A DNA stretch of 64,000 nt from Nemertoderma westbladi (Eukaryota > Animalia > Xenacoelomorpha). The notes beneath the pieces are model-generated. The model did not search any database, had not been told where the DNA came from, and saw only the letters and a list, made by a program, of their open reading frames with translations. Below are positions 30,101 through 39,849 of the stretch, one piece after another; within the stretch, counting starts at the first letter, position 1, and every line of letters starts with the position of its first letter. Location of the stretch: the NCBI GenBank assembly GCA_032718475.1, contig JAUCBJ010006023.1, positions 1 through 64,000 on the forward strand, given 5' to 3'. A program made the translations under genes and the position numbers.

Positions 30101-33100
30101 GAAGAGGCAATCCATTACCACTAAATATAACAACGAACTGACCAACTTTCCCCCTCGCAGCTAAGTACAATTAGTGACAGATCAGCTTGATCAATTATTG
30201 TACCACACGGTTCTTCTTCACTGGTTCCGAGTCCATTCAAGAATGTTCTATCATTGCTATTAGTTACGTAAATCTGCAGCAAATATAAACAAAAACTATT
30301 TCTTTCAATAATTTCTAAAATGAATAGAGAGGGGGGGGGGGGGGGGGGGTACACCATGTTGTTTTAAATTGGTAATTGATGAATTGATGAATCATAATGC
30401 ACGAGTAAAGTTTTTTGAAGGCATATTCTTTGGTTTATATTTCAAAAGCAACAAAGCATGACAAGTTGTATTTTGTATTAAATTTAGTGCTAGCACCAAG
30501 TTGCACCATGTCTAACATCCATCATGTCATTGATATAAAGTCAAGTGTCATTAAATTGTATTCCAGCAGACTCAGAACACTAACAAACCCATATTACGAA
30601 AGAAACCAATGATACAAATTTTGCCCTTCAAATTTAACCTTGTCTGTGTTAATACCCATTTATTAGGGATAGTTATAAAACCCGAAAATAACGAAAAATA
30701 TGAAATTATTAACGAAAATATCGAAATTATAAAACTTTAAATAAAATCTCGCTTTCCAGTGAGATCGGTATAATTAGAAGTCACACTTTACATTTTTTAA
30801 TTAATAAATTCTGATAATTTCGCACCATTTTCGACCTTAAAGGTAATTTAATACCAAATACTGTCTCTGCTGATTGGTTGTGAAAGGTGATACAATGATA
30901 CTACTAGGATCGGCATGCTGCATTGCAGCTGCATTTTTAAGAATGCTGTGTCGGCTTGTCTACAAAATTACACCGTCACAACATGACATTTGCTAGATCA
31001 TCCGCATCTTCAAGGCCAGTGTCCTAAGAATCGAGATATTAATAATACTTGTGATTCGAGAGTGGTAATCTATTGTGATTTTTAAGCGATTTTTTCAGTG
31101 GTAGGAGGGTACTAAAAAACAACATAATTGACCGGATAGTTTCGGAGCCTTTTGTGTGACAAACAAACAAACAAACAAACAGATTGACAGACACGATTTT
31201 CTTACAGTAGTAAGGAAATCTGAAGATTTACAAATAAAACGACCCAGTGCTTAGAATTCAATCAGTAAAATCAATCAATAAAACAAAAAGTTTGGGGGAG
31301 TCAACACCGTCCTTTATATTAAAAGAATTATACTGTACTATTTTTTATTATATTGTATTGTGTAGGGTCTACTACATTTATACTACACTATCAAGGCGTT
31401 GGGATGGGGCGGGGGGTATATTTAATACTTTTATTTGATAAAATAAAAAATTTTAATAAACTAAATTTGAGGGCATCCACAGTAGTATCTACAGTATTAA
31501 TAGATACAACTACTGTACTGTAGATTAGAAGCATAGCCTAGCACGCGAAGCGCGCCTGGTTTGCTAGATCTATACTAAAACTAGCTATCCAATACTACAG
31601 AAGCTATGACCAATTTGTGGGTATATCTTTTGCGTAGAGGTATAGTCTATATAGAGGCTACATGAAGGTAGGTGTAGCCTACATGTAGATGCACGTGTAG
31701 GGTGAATGTAGGTAGGTGTAGTCCCATAGATATTAATGTAATTTATGTGTCAACTTGCAGTAACGTGATACACGGTCGTCAATCAGGATGTATGTCAATA
31801 ATCTCTGATCTCCACGGTACAATACGGTAGGCTACATCAACCTGCAGACCTGTCTGCTGTCAGACAACAGGTTTTACTGCATACTGCAGTACTGTATAAA
31901 TATCAAACATCGCGTTCTGATTATACTAAAGTCCCTTACTCGTCATAAATATTAGGCCCTAATGAATTTGAGTATGCTAACGCCACGAAAGGCATCGTTC
32001 CATTACAGCATTAGATTAACTCTTTCTGATCTATATGTTTATTGAGTAAGAGTAACCTACTGTAAACAAACAGCCATCATCGCGGGGACTATAGTCTACC
32101 AGAAACCCTGACCCCCCTCTGCCCCTCTTTATCTGTTTATCAACCATACATCCATGGGACTTGAACAGTACTTCAGCATTGAAATGTTTTGGACGTTTTG
32201 TTTTGAAAGTAAAAATATAGAATATATAGTCTGGAAGTTTTGTTTGTTTTAATTTTTCAGGCAGTCACATTCCACCAACCAGCAACAACAGTCCCATCCC
32301 TTCCCACTATCCCGCGGACCACCACACTGTTTCATTATAAAGTATTCCCATCTCGATGATGGGAATTAATCAGTAATCAGATGGGATTCAAATCCCATCT
32401 CGAAGTAACAGCAAAACAATAACACGAAAATCAATAGCTTTACAGTTATATTTGATTGCATTGAAAGGTAATAGAAAGAAGAAGCTAAATTGCATATCCA
32501 TTAAAATATCATGAAATTGATACGGCAGTTTATAGTAGATTAAAACGGCCACAGCAAGATTTATAAAATGGAAAATAAGTAAAATCAGCACACAATATTA
32601 CCAATATAGACATTGAAGACAATTTAATAAACAAATATTATAAAAAAATATCTACTAACAATCAATACATGATATATATAATATATATACATCAGCGACT
32701 ACCATCGCCACTCTGGTTCAATCAGTCAGTCCGGTATCATTGTTAGCGTTTTGTTGAATCACCCACTCATCCTCAGACCCTCATGGACACTGACGACGAG
32801 CTCTAACCCTAACCGTTAGTCGATTCCTCCTTGACTGGAAACATCAGGTTCGGGCCGTTCGTCCCATACAAAGTCATTAGCCTCCATGCCTGAACCCGCA
32901 GGATCATAAGATCTACTGTATGTATCGGTATATCGTTCAGTCGTTTTTTCCTTTGTCAGTACTGTACAGTAGTATTGATAGGCTCCGTCTCGTGGGTATT
33001 CAGGGGACCCCCATTCGACGTATTCGCATCTCCTCCTGGTTGTTTCGGGTACCACCGCCCGCCATACAGTCATATGCATGCGCATCTCTTCGTGGTTGTT

Positions 33101-33840
33101 CCGGGTACCACCCCCGTTCGCCGCATTCGCATCTCATCGAGGAAGTTCCGGTCCGGGTACCCCGTGTAGGCCTATTCATTCATCATTGTTGTTTTTAAAG
33201 ACCTACCTACACCTACCTACATTCACCCTACACGTGCATCTACATGTAGGCTACACATACCTACATGTAGCCTCTATGTAGGCTATACCTCTACGCAAAA
33301 TTTATACCCCCAATTTGTGCCAATTTCTAATGTAAAAACTCCCATCATATTATATGATATCTAAATCTTATATTTTTAAATTCACCAGTATGTAATTGTT
33401 TAAACCTGATGAAGGTACGGGTTACTCACCCATATCAGGTAGGACTTGGATCAGATAGTGTGAAGAAATGTAACATTATTTAGATTAGTCAGTAGATACT
33501 ATTCATATTACATACATACAGTATACATCATCAGTTTACTTTAGTCTACATAGTAGACCTAACATCAATTAATGTGTGATACTTACCTTAGCCCCTACTA
33601 ATCTGTCGCCACAGCAATCAACCCGATTATAGACATGAACTTTACCAACAGATACATCTTCACCTAAAGAAACCCACCACCATGCAAAGAGATCATTGCA
33701 CTCATTTGGTGAATCACAAGTATGCGAACATGATCCTCTGGAGAATTTACCATTTTTATTACCATCCACTGCCTTACTGGAATCTCCACCAGTATGGTAA
33801 TTAGAACTCTGACCAGTTAATTTTCCGAAAGCAATGTTAC
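1..33840 (-). CDS. Copy A: multi-exon gene for an F-type lectin + 3 cbEGF + 2 TSP1 + Cys-loop ligand-gated ion channel subunit (3' end runs off the left edge; first/signal exon not found)
   Basis: Exons 33587-33840, 30068-30273, 28822-28944, 27580-27705, 26173-26298, 21180-21341, 19577-19738, 17957-17975, 17716-17795, 13242-13366, 7040-7200, 6656-6753, 5162-5290 and 1-171 have AG/GT boundaries and chain with compatible phases. The only break is one extra G in exon 30068-30273. Confidence 0.8.
1050..2500 (+). mobile_element. 5'-truncated CRE-clade non-LTR retrotransposon (end of RT, Zn knuckle, restriction-like endonuclease)
   Basis: [20 protein letters not shown], then [44 protein letters not shown] and PVACETLG motifs; in-frame stop at 2223; AT-rich 3' tail. 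Confidence 0.85.
1240..1510 (+). repeat. Degenerate C-rich ~21-bp minisatellite (ccaccaccatccgcgacg-like) inside the CRE ORF
   Basis: Repeated gacgccaccacc units producing a Pro/Thr-rich translation. Confidence 0.8.
2660..3575 (+). mobile_element. RTE-clade LINE RT fragment, frameshifted
   Basis: [61 protein letters not shown] motifs. Confidence 0.9.
4335..4760 (+). mobile_element. RTE LINE 3' end fragment
   Basis: Similar to 28140-28486 and 48530-48797; ends in a (TAG)n-like tail. Confidence 0.75.
5162..5290 (-). CDS. pLGIC copy A exon: loop F to loop C region
   Basis: 129 nt, phase 1-1, AG/GTAAG; [43 protein letters not shown]; paralogous to 60055-60183. Confidence 0.85.
6656..6753 (-). 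CDS. pLGIC copy A exon containing the Cys-loop
   Basis: 98 nt, phase 2-1; [32 protein letters not shown] gives C-x13-C with an FPYD core. Confidence 0.95.
7040..7200 (-). CDS. pLGIC copy A exon: loop A to loop E
   Basis: 161 nt, phase 0-2; [53 protein letters not shown]; paralogous to 60983-61143. Confidence 0.88.
7788..9089. mobile_element. Non-autonomous foldback/TIR DNA transposon inserted in an RTE 3' fragment
   Basis: Inverted arrays of ggacacttcccccc at both ends; flanking direct repeat ccttccag(g) of 8-9 bp; the uninterrupted target (gagatccttccaggcttcccg) is visible at 57175-57195. Confidence 0.85.
8540..8720 (+). repeat. ~36-bp G-rich tandem repeat, about 5 copies
   Basis: gggggtttgggggcggcagcccccaagaaaagaagc repeated. 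Confidence 0.9.
9433..10662. mobile_element. Non-autonomous TIR DNA transposon (possibly pogo/Tigger-like), complete copy
   Basis: 25-bp TIR agtagggtgagtgagggagacttga at 9433-9457 and 10638-10662; near-identical second copy at 47311-48510; splits a CR1/L2 fragment. Confidence 0.85.
10663..11100 (-). mobile_element. CR1/L2-type LINE RT fragment
   Basis: Minus-strand reads [17 protein letters not shown], and [20 protein letters not shown]. Confidence 0.7.
12555..12900 (+). mobile_element. RTE LINE 3' fragment
   Basis: Same family as 28200-28480 (aaggacactggccttgaagatg core). Confidence 0.75.
13242..13366 (-). CDS. pLGIC copy A exon: beta1-beta2 (loop D)
   Basis: 125 nt, phase 1-0; [41 protein letters not shown] contains the W-x-D-x-R motif; paralogous to 61378-61502. 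Confidence 0.9.
14730..14923. repeat. Palindromic subterminal repeats (ttaagagcgctcttaa) ending in a transposon-like terminus ...ggggctccgta
   Basis: About 7 degenerate units visible; likely one end of a DNA transposon. Confidence 0.6.
15560..15840 (+). repeat. ~21-bp tandem repeat (ttggaactaagttcg core), about 12 copies
   Basis: Directly visible; explains the 'LELSSYP' ORF. Confidence 0.9.
16503..17074 (+). pseudogene. G2E3-like HECT E3 ligase fragment (N-lobe only, two exons, frameshifted)
   Basis: [64 protein letters not shown], a GTAAGT...AG intron at about 16812-16918, then [26 protein letters not shown]...[10 protein letters not shown]. No catalytic C-lobe seen. Confidence 0.75.
17716..17795 (-). 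CDS. pLGIC copy A exon: start of the extracellular domain
   Basis: 80 nt, phase 2-1, acceptor tttcattttcAG and donor GTAAGT; [26 protein letters not shown] resembles the pLGIC 'GYDxxxRP' segment. Confidence 0.75.
17957..17975 (-). CDS. 19-nt micro-exon linking TSP1 to the channel domain
   Basis: cAG/GTAAGT boundaries; phase 1-2 exactly bridges the TSP1 exon (ends phase 1) and the next exon (starts phase 2); encodes (E)MDLFD(G). Confidence 0.65.
18262..19165 (-). mobile_element. RTE LINE, 5'-truncated, with 3' tail
   Basis: [34 protein letters not shown] motifs; (TAG)n tail. Confidence 0.9.
19577..19738 (-). CDS. Thrombospondin type-1 (spondin-like) repeat exon 2
   Basis: 162 nt, phase 1-1; [53 protein letters not shown] with 6 Cys. 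Confidence 0.92.
21180..21341 (-). CDS. Thrombospondin type-1 repeat exon 1
   Basis: 162 nt, phase 1-1; [53 protein letters not shown]. Confidence 0.92.
21983..22099 (-). pseudogene. Truncated cbEGF exon (lacks Cys6 and a good donor)
   Basis: [39 protein letters not shown] then runs into a poly-G/repeat sequence; a close relative of exon 27580-27705. Confidence 0.7.
22813..22929 (-). pseudogene. Second identical copy of the truncated cbEGF exon
   Basis: Lies inside the ~830-bp tandem duplication 21727-23394. Confidence 0.7.
23232..25990 (-). mobile_element. 5'-truncated L2/Crack/Daphne-like LINE (APE endonuclease C-terminal half + RT), frameshifted
   Basis: [62 protein letters not shown] and FFADD motifs; 3' stem-loop and poly(A) at about 23232-23270. 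Confidence 0.9.
26173..26298 (-). CDS. Calcium-binding EGF exon 3
   Basis: 126 nt, phase 1-1; [42 protein letters not shown]. Confidence 0.93.
27580..27705 (-). CDS. Calcium-binding EGF exon 2
   Basis: 126 nt, phase 1-1; [42 protein letters not shown]. Confidence 0.93.
27800..28486 (+). mobile_element. RTE LINE 3' fragment
   Basis: [15 protein letters not shown] and [11 protein letters not shown] motifs; tagtag tail. Confidence 0.88.
28822..28944 (-). CDS. Calcium-binding EGF exon 1
   Basis: 123 nt, phase 1-1; [41 protein letters not shown]. Confidence 0.93.
30068..30273 (-). CDS. F-type lectin (FTP/fucolectin) domain, C-terminal exon, with a +1 frameshift in a G run
   Basis: [41 protein letters not shown], then in the +1 frame [27 protein letters not shown] (FTP 'G-x-Y/F-V...L-x-x-CEV-x-V-Y'). 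The exon is 206 nt where 205 is needed. Confidence 0.85.
31619..33309. mobile_element. Mutator-like (MULE) non-autonomous element
   Basis: ~105-bp imperfect TIRs (gggtata...tataccc) and a 9-bp TSD ccaatttgt at 31610-31618 and 33310-33318. Confidence 0.88.
33587..33840 (-). CDS. F-type lectin (FTP/fucolectin) domain, N-terminal exon
   Basis: 254 nt, phase 1-0; [84 protein letters not shown] has the QSS, AVDG, SCSHT and NRxDCCxxRL signatures. Confidence 0.95.
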
Positions 33841-34554
33841 CTATACAAAGACATAGAGAATATAAAAATATTTAACTAAACATAGTTAAATTGATTACGT
33901 GACTTTGCAGTTGATTGACTAAGTTTAATGTATATTGGAAAATGAAAATTCGTAAAGATTGGGTGATGGCAACACCCGAAATAGAGTAAATGCAGTCCTT
34001 ACTAAGTAGTACCTTACTGATCTAAACTTTGCGGATGTTTCTTACCCTAATTATTTCTTTCGATATGCCCCGCTTGAAATTTTAAAAAATAATGAAAATT
34101 GTTCTATCAATTGCCATTGTATTTTTCCCTTAATGCTTAGGGTCACCATTAAACATAATTTGGCCGTAGCTCAAACTGCAAATTCACTGTGTTACCAGAA
34201 TAACCTTAATCTCAAACAACTGAATATGCACACGAAATCAATGTACAATAATTTGATAGAGAGTTCTAGGTCAGGTCATGTATTATGGATTATTGATCTA
34301 GAAAACTTGCCACCTCCATGCAGCATAAAGGAGGTGCTCTCCTGTGGCTGCATAGACGCTCTTACTTCGGGCATAATTTGATCCTATAACTAGGACCTCC
34401 TTCGTTCTGAGATAGAGAAGCAATGGATCCTAGCCTAAGGACGCATATACTCGGCTGCAGGGGTATATAGCCTGATCAGGCAGATGGTAATCTATCAATG
34501 GCTGGCCAGACCAGAAGTACGGTGCCCTCATTTTCAATTTGAGTGCACTTCACT

Positions 34555-34860
34555 GCGACCTGCACCTTCTTGTGCACAATCTTCTGCTTTGGCAGCCCAA
34601 TGGAGAAAATAAGCATGGTGGACATCCCATGACTTTCGTGAGACACCTCCTAAAGGACACTGGCCTTGAAGATCCGGATAATCTCGTGAAACTCATGCGG
34701 GATAGCCGATAGGGACTTGTGGTGGTGCAACTTTGTAGATAAGCCGGCATAGCTTTCTTAATGCAAGTGGCATTGGGCTTGCCAATTGTGGATTGCATGG
34801 TGGTGACAAAATGTTCTTGTTAAGCTGGCATAGCATCTCAATGTGCAGTTTCAATGCAGC
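34555..34860 (+). mobile_element. RTE LINE 3' fragment, target of the LTR insertion
   Basis: Same family core; the tail continues after the TSD at 39271. Confidence 0.75.
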
Positions 34861-35105
34861 TGTGGTAGTAAGTACTACAGTACATGGCCTTATCTGCCTA
34901 TGGCTTATTATTATTATGGATATAGCCTAGGGTACCGGTTAGGACAGTATTGTGATTAGGTGTTGGGGAGTGCAGTACTGTTGCTTAGGTATCGGTACTG
35001 ATGTGTACAGGTGCCACATATTTACTACAGCTATATAACTGGGTTATAGCTACATTATATATATATCATATTATTACTATATGGTTGTTGTTCATATCTA
35101 CGCCA
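34861..35105 (+). repeat. 5' LTR
   Basis: Direct repeat of 39026-39270. Confidence 0.95.
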
Positions 35106-35123
35106 TGGCGACGAGGATGGGAT
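35106..35123 (+). promoter_or_regulatory. Primer binding site complementary to the tRNA-Ser 3' end
   Basis: tggcgacgaggatgggat is the reverse complement of ATCCCATCCTCGTCGCCA, a tRNA-Ser(GCU)-type 3' end. Confidence 0.85.
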
Positions 35124-35142
35124 CAGGAAATACATGTAGGGT

Positions 35143-38100
35143 ATGGTAACAATAGTTAAGGAGGAAGATAATAATACCGGTACAGTTAGGAATACAATGG
35201 CTGATTCGCAACGTAACTTGGATCCACGAATACTAACGGTAAAGCAATTGGGTAAACCATTCGATATAAATTGCGATGATTTCCTATTATGGCGGGCGAC
35301 ATACGAGGCCTATGAAGGAATTACCGGATTCGATCGTTTATTAACCAAACCGCCCAATGCAGCTACTGGTGCTGCAGATGATCCCGAATTTCTCGCTGCA
35401 GGTAAGAAACTTAGATTTAATACACTACTAGCATCAGTTGCAAACTGTCAAGATACTGTGCGTGTTATGCTTCAGATAAATAAACGCTTGAATGCTAATG
35501 ATAAAAATAATGTCAATAATATCCTAAATGCACTAGCTATCCACATTCAAGGCGGTACTAATCACCGCATTTATCGCAAACAGCTATTTGAACGTCGGCA
35601 GCAAGATAATGAAACTTTTGCTGACTATTTAATTGTTATGCGGACATTATTAGAGAAATGCGGGTACAGTGATGAAAAGGGAAATATTGAAGATAATCGA
35701 TTGTTAGACTCACTTATTTTAAATGTAAACAATAATGAAGCTCGTAAAAGACTTTTGGAAAAGGGGCTCGATCTAACTCTCGATGATGCCATCAAAGTCA
35801 TTGAGAGCATTGAGGCAGGAAAAACCGATAGTGCCACTATTCAGGGTTCATTGACTGATCGCCCAGGTACCCGGATCTGTCGGGTACAAATGGCTGGACA
35901 ACATCGACCACAGCTGCCTGGAACAGGCCCAACACAATTTTATCCAACAACTGGGGTCTATCAACCTCAACGTTTTATGGGACCTTACACTGGTCAAGGT
36001 CGAAGTATTTATACTTCAACAACTACCAGGCCAAATAATTTAGCTGAAGTTTGGAATGTATTTTCTAATAAATATGTAACATTATTTGATGGCAAAATCC
36101 GTTGTATGGTTGGAGCTCCAGCTAAGCTGATTCTTCGTGACGATTTAAAGCCAACAAGAATTACAACTCCACGCAAAGTTCCAATTCCATTAGAAGATGC
36201 TGTAAATCGTGAACTAGACACACTTATTAAAAACAAAATAATTGAACCTGACAATGGTTACGGTGAGTGGATTTCACCCATGGTTGCAGTTCCAAAGAAG
36301 TCTCTACCAGGCCAAGAAACACGTGCTCGGATAACTGTCGACTATCGAGGCTTAAATAGAGCTTTAATACGCCCTGTATTTCAGAATCCAGCGCCTAAAG
36401 ATGTAGTTTCAACTATTCCTGCTTCGGCGAAGGTATTTACTGTAATTGATGGCTTGAGTGGATTTTTCCAAGTACCATTAGCACCTGAATCTAGAAAATA
36501 TACAACTTTCATAACGCCTCGTGGCCGATTTAGGTACCTCCGAGTTCCACAAGGCCTTAGCACTTCCAATGATGAGTTTACTAGTAGAATGTTCAATGCA
36601 ATGAATTCTATGTCTTGTGTTAAACTTATTGTTGAAGACATACTAATTTTCTCAAACACGGTGGAACAACATATTAAAGATGTTGACATTGTGCTACAGA
36701 AATGCATTGACTTTGGTATTTCACTGAACAAATCCAAAGTCCAATTTGCTAAACCTCAAGTATTGTTTGGTGGCTTTAGTATCACTCATGGTTCTTTTTG
36801 TATTGATCCCAATTTAACCAATGATATTCGTGAATTCCCATCGCCTCGAAATCGTAAAGAATTGAAATCATTCTTTGGTTTAGTGAATCAAGTTGGTGAT
36901 TTTGACTCAACATTGACGCAGATGCTTGAACCACTGCGCCATTTGGATCGCAATAATGTAGTTTTCCAATGGAATGAAGATCATCAATTAGTATTTGATC
37001 GTGCTCGTACATTACTCAGTACAGGGAAATATCTTTCATACTACAATCCCAACTTTCCAACCCGACTATACACTGATGCATCAAAGGAGGGGGGTCTTGG
37101 CTTTGCATTGATGCAATATAATGGTGATAGGTGGCACACAGTTCAATGTGGTTCACGCCGTTTGACAAAAAGTGAACATTCTTGGGGAATCATAGAGTTA
37201 GAGGCATTAGCAGTTTGTTGGGCTGTAGCGATAAAATGTCGCTTAAATTAGATGGCCTCCGTGAATTTGATGTTTACACTGATCACTTACCCCTTATATC
37301 GATCTTTAACAGACAAACATTAAATGATGTCGGCAATATACGACTGCTGAAAATCAAAACTAAACTTAATAGATTTAATATGAATGTAGTTCATATTGCA
37401 GGTACCCGAAACCTATGCGCTGATGCTCTGAGTCGTATTACAAGATATGATCCATCTCCTGAAGATATCAGTGTATCTGATGATACTGAAATCGATGCGT
37501 GTATTATAACGGCAATTGCAGGTTGTCTATGCTTGTTCTAGTGAATGTGGACTGTCAATGGATAAGCAAATTGAACTATTGAAAACTTCTGCAGACAATG
37601 ATATGGAATATATGAAATTAAAGTCCCTATTGCTGGGAGAAGGCTTTCCAATCCATAAGTCGCAACTTGATATTGATTTACGTCTTTATTGGAATGCTCG
37701 TTATAGCCTATTATTGGATGCTGATGGTTTAATTCTTAAAGGGCATTGTTTACTAGTTCCCAAAGATGAACGTCCCAGCATTTTGGAAGCCCTTCATGCT
37801 GGGCACCAAGGGCAAACCCGCACTCTGGCTAATGCTGATTCTTCTGTTTGGTGGCCAACAATTCGACGTGACATAGCACAGAAAATTGAAAACTGCCGTT
37901 GCTCTACTTACCAATTATCGCAGCGCGCTGAACCATTACACCGGGAACAACGTGAACGTGAAACAATTGCAATGCAAATTTTACATGCTGACCTTGGAGA
38001 TGTGGCTGGAAAGAAGTATCTAGTTGTCGCTGATGAACATACTGGATGGATCTTTATCAAAGAATGTGGAATCCATTCCGACACAAAATGTATCACTAAC

Positions 38101-38911
38101 CATCTACGAGAAATATTTCAACATTTTGGTCACCCATTACAACTATATCATGATGGCGGGCCCCCATTTAATTCGAAATCATTTGAAGAATTTCTGTATG
38201 TATGCATGGTTGATTACTGATAAAACGACATCTCCGAATTTACCTCGTACAAATGGTCGCGCAGAAAATTCTGTTAAACAAGCGAAAAAACTAATAAAAA
38301 ACTGCATTGATCTCAATGGTCAACTAAACCGTGATCAACTTGCACGTGGTCTAATTTCTCTCAATAACACTAATCGTGATTCTGGATTAGCACCAGCAGA
38401 ACTAATGTTTGGGAGACGATTATATAAAACTCTGCCACGTCATGAAATGGCATATGAAATTGATGATTTCTCTTCTCCTACACGGAAACGAATGTCTGAA
38501 AACAATATTATGCTTCGGCGTGATCAATATGATTCTCATACACGGTTGTTACGTCCCTTGCATATTGGATGTCGTGTAATAATACAAGACCCAAGAAGTA
38601 AACTTTGGAATTATAAAGGAACTGTTGACAAAATTCTAGAAAAACACGATTACATGGTGAAATTCGATAATGGTTCTTATCTACGTCGTAATCGAGTATT
38701 TATGCGGCCAATTCAACCAATACCAATTGGTGGTGGACCTACCAACACGTCCATGGTGGTTCCAGTCCCCGACCCTACTCGGCCACCCACGTCCACGACA
38801 GCCGCTGAGGTGGTCCCTCAATCCGTTATCATTCCAACAATGCGACGATACCCAACGCGTATTATTAAGCCAAATCCCCGATACATAGGAGAAGACTGGG
38901 TCACCCATTGA
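35143..38911 (+). pseudogene. Gypsy gag-pol broken into four frames (35143-37251, 37182-37541, 37516-38220, 38024-38911)
   Basis: RT (WISPMVAVPKK, VDYRGLN, FTVIDGLSGFFQVPL, IVEDILI), RNase H and integrase (HADLG, HDGGPPF, NGRAENSVK); no protease motif. Confidence 0.9.
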
Positions 38912-39025
38912 GATGCATTCGCCCTAAGCGTAAACGCCTTTAAACTGAAAGTAAATTACTTAGGTTTTGATTAATTTTAGTATAACCTTTATAAGATACT
39001 TTATAAAATTATTGGGAAAGAGAGA

Positions 39026-39270
39026 TGTGGTAGTAAGTACTACAGTACATGGCCTTATCTGCCTATGGCTTATTATTATTATGGATATAGCCTAGGGTAC
39101 CGGTTAGGACAGTATTGTGATTAGGTGTTGGGGAGTGCAGTACTGTTGCTTAGGTATCGGTACTGATGTGTACAGGTGCCACATATTTACTACAGCTATA
39201 TAGCTGGGTTATAGCTACATTATATATATATCATATTATTACTATATGGTTGTTGTTCATATCTACGCCA
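39026..39270 (+). repeat. 3' LTR
   Basis: Direct repeat of 34861-35105, followed by the TSD gcagc. Confidence 0.95.
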
Positions 39271-39849
39271 GCAGCAGCCGTTTTTTTTAACAGGGTATTA
39301 CGTGTATTCAAGCAACTTTGTTTAAAAATGTTGTTTAAACAAAATATTAAGAGATTACAACCACAAACATAAAACAAACAAAAGGTTATGCATATCCAGT
39401 TGCTGTGCAATCTAAAAACAGTTATAGGGCCTACAGTCAACTATAATAGTACAATACTAATGCATAAAATAAAGAGTACATTAGTTATTAAATGCAATAG
39501 TGACACTGGATGTTGTATAAAAATTGTTTTAGATAGTTTTAAAGGTATATAGCACATCATATAACTGAAAGTGTATATGACAAATATAATATTCCACAAA
39601 TCTAATCCTCTTTGTACAAGTACAACAATTTATAATCACCTATCGAGAGATAATTTATTAATGGTTTTAAGAAAATAATATGCTTTACAATCTATATTTT
39701 CGCCTTACACTTCATCCTTGGACATGGTAGGGGGGGGGGGACCCCCAGAAAAAAGGTCCGATGACAAGACGAGGCATATATTAGAATGTTCTGAAACGTT
39801 TAGAGGCATGAATGAATATCCCTAGTTAAGATGCGAGGATCGATTGGAG

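Larger units (their letters stand above)
34861..39270 (+). mobile_element. Ty3/Gypsy (Mag-like) LTR retrotransposon with both LTRs, defective gag-pol
   Basis: 245-bp LTRs 34861-35105 and 39026-39270 (TG...CA, one mismatch seen); 5-bp TSD gcagc; PBS at 35106; PPT gggaaagagaga at 39014-39025; gag, RT, RNase H (YTDAS, YTDH) and integrase (HxxH, D-D-E) reading frames. Confidence 0.97.

Noticed and set aside
39360-39412. Hydrophobic stretch MHNLLFVLCLWL on the minus strand as a candidate signal peptide
   Set aside because: No convincing phase 1 donor, and an in-frame stop follows.
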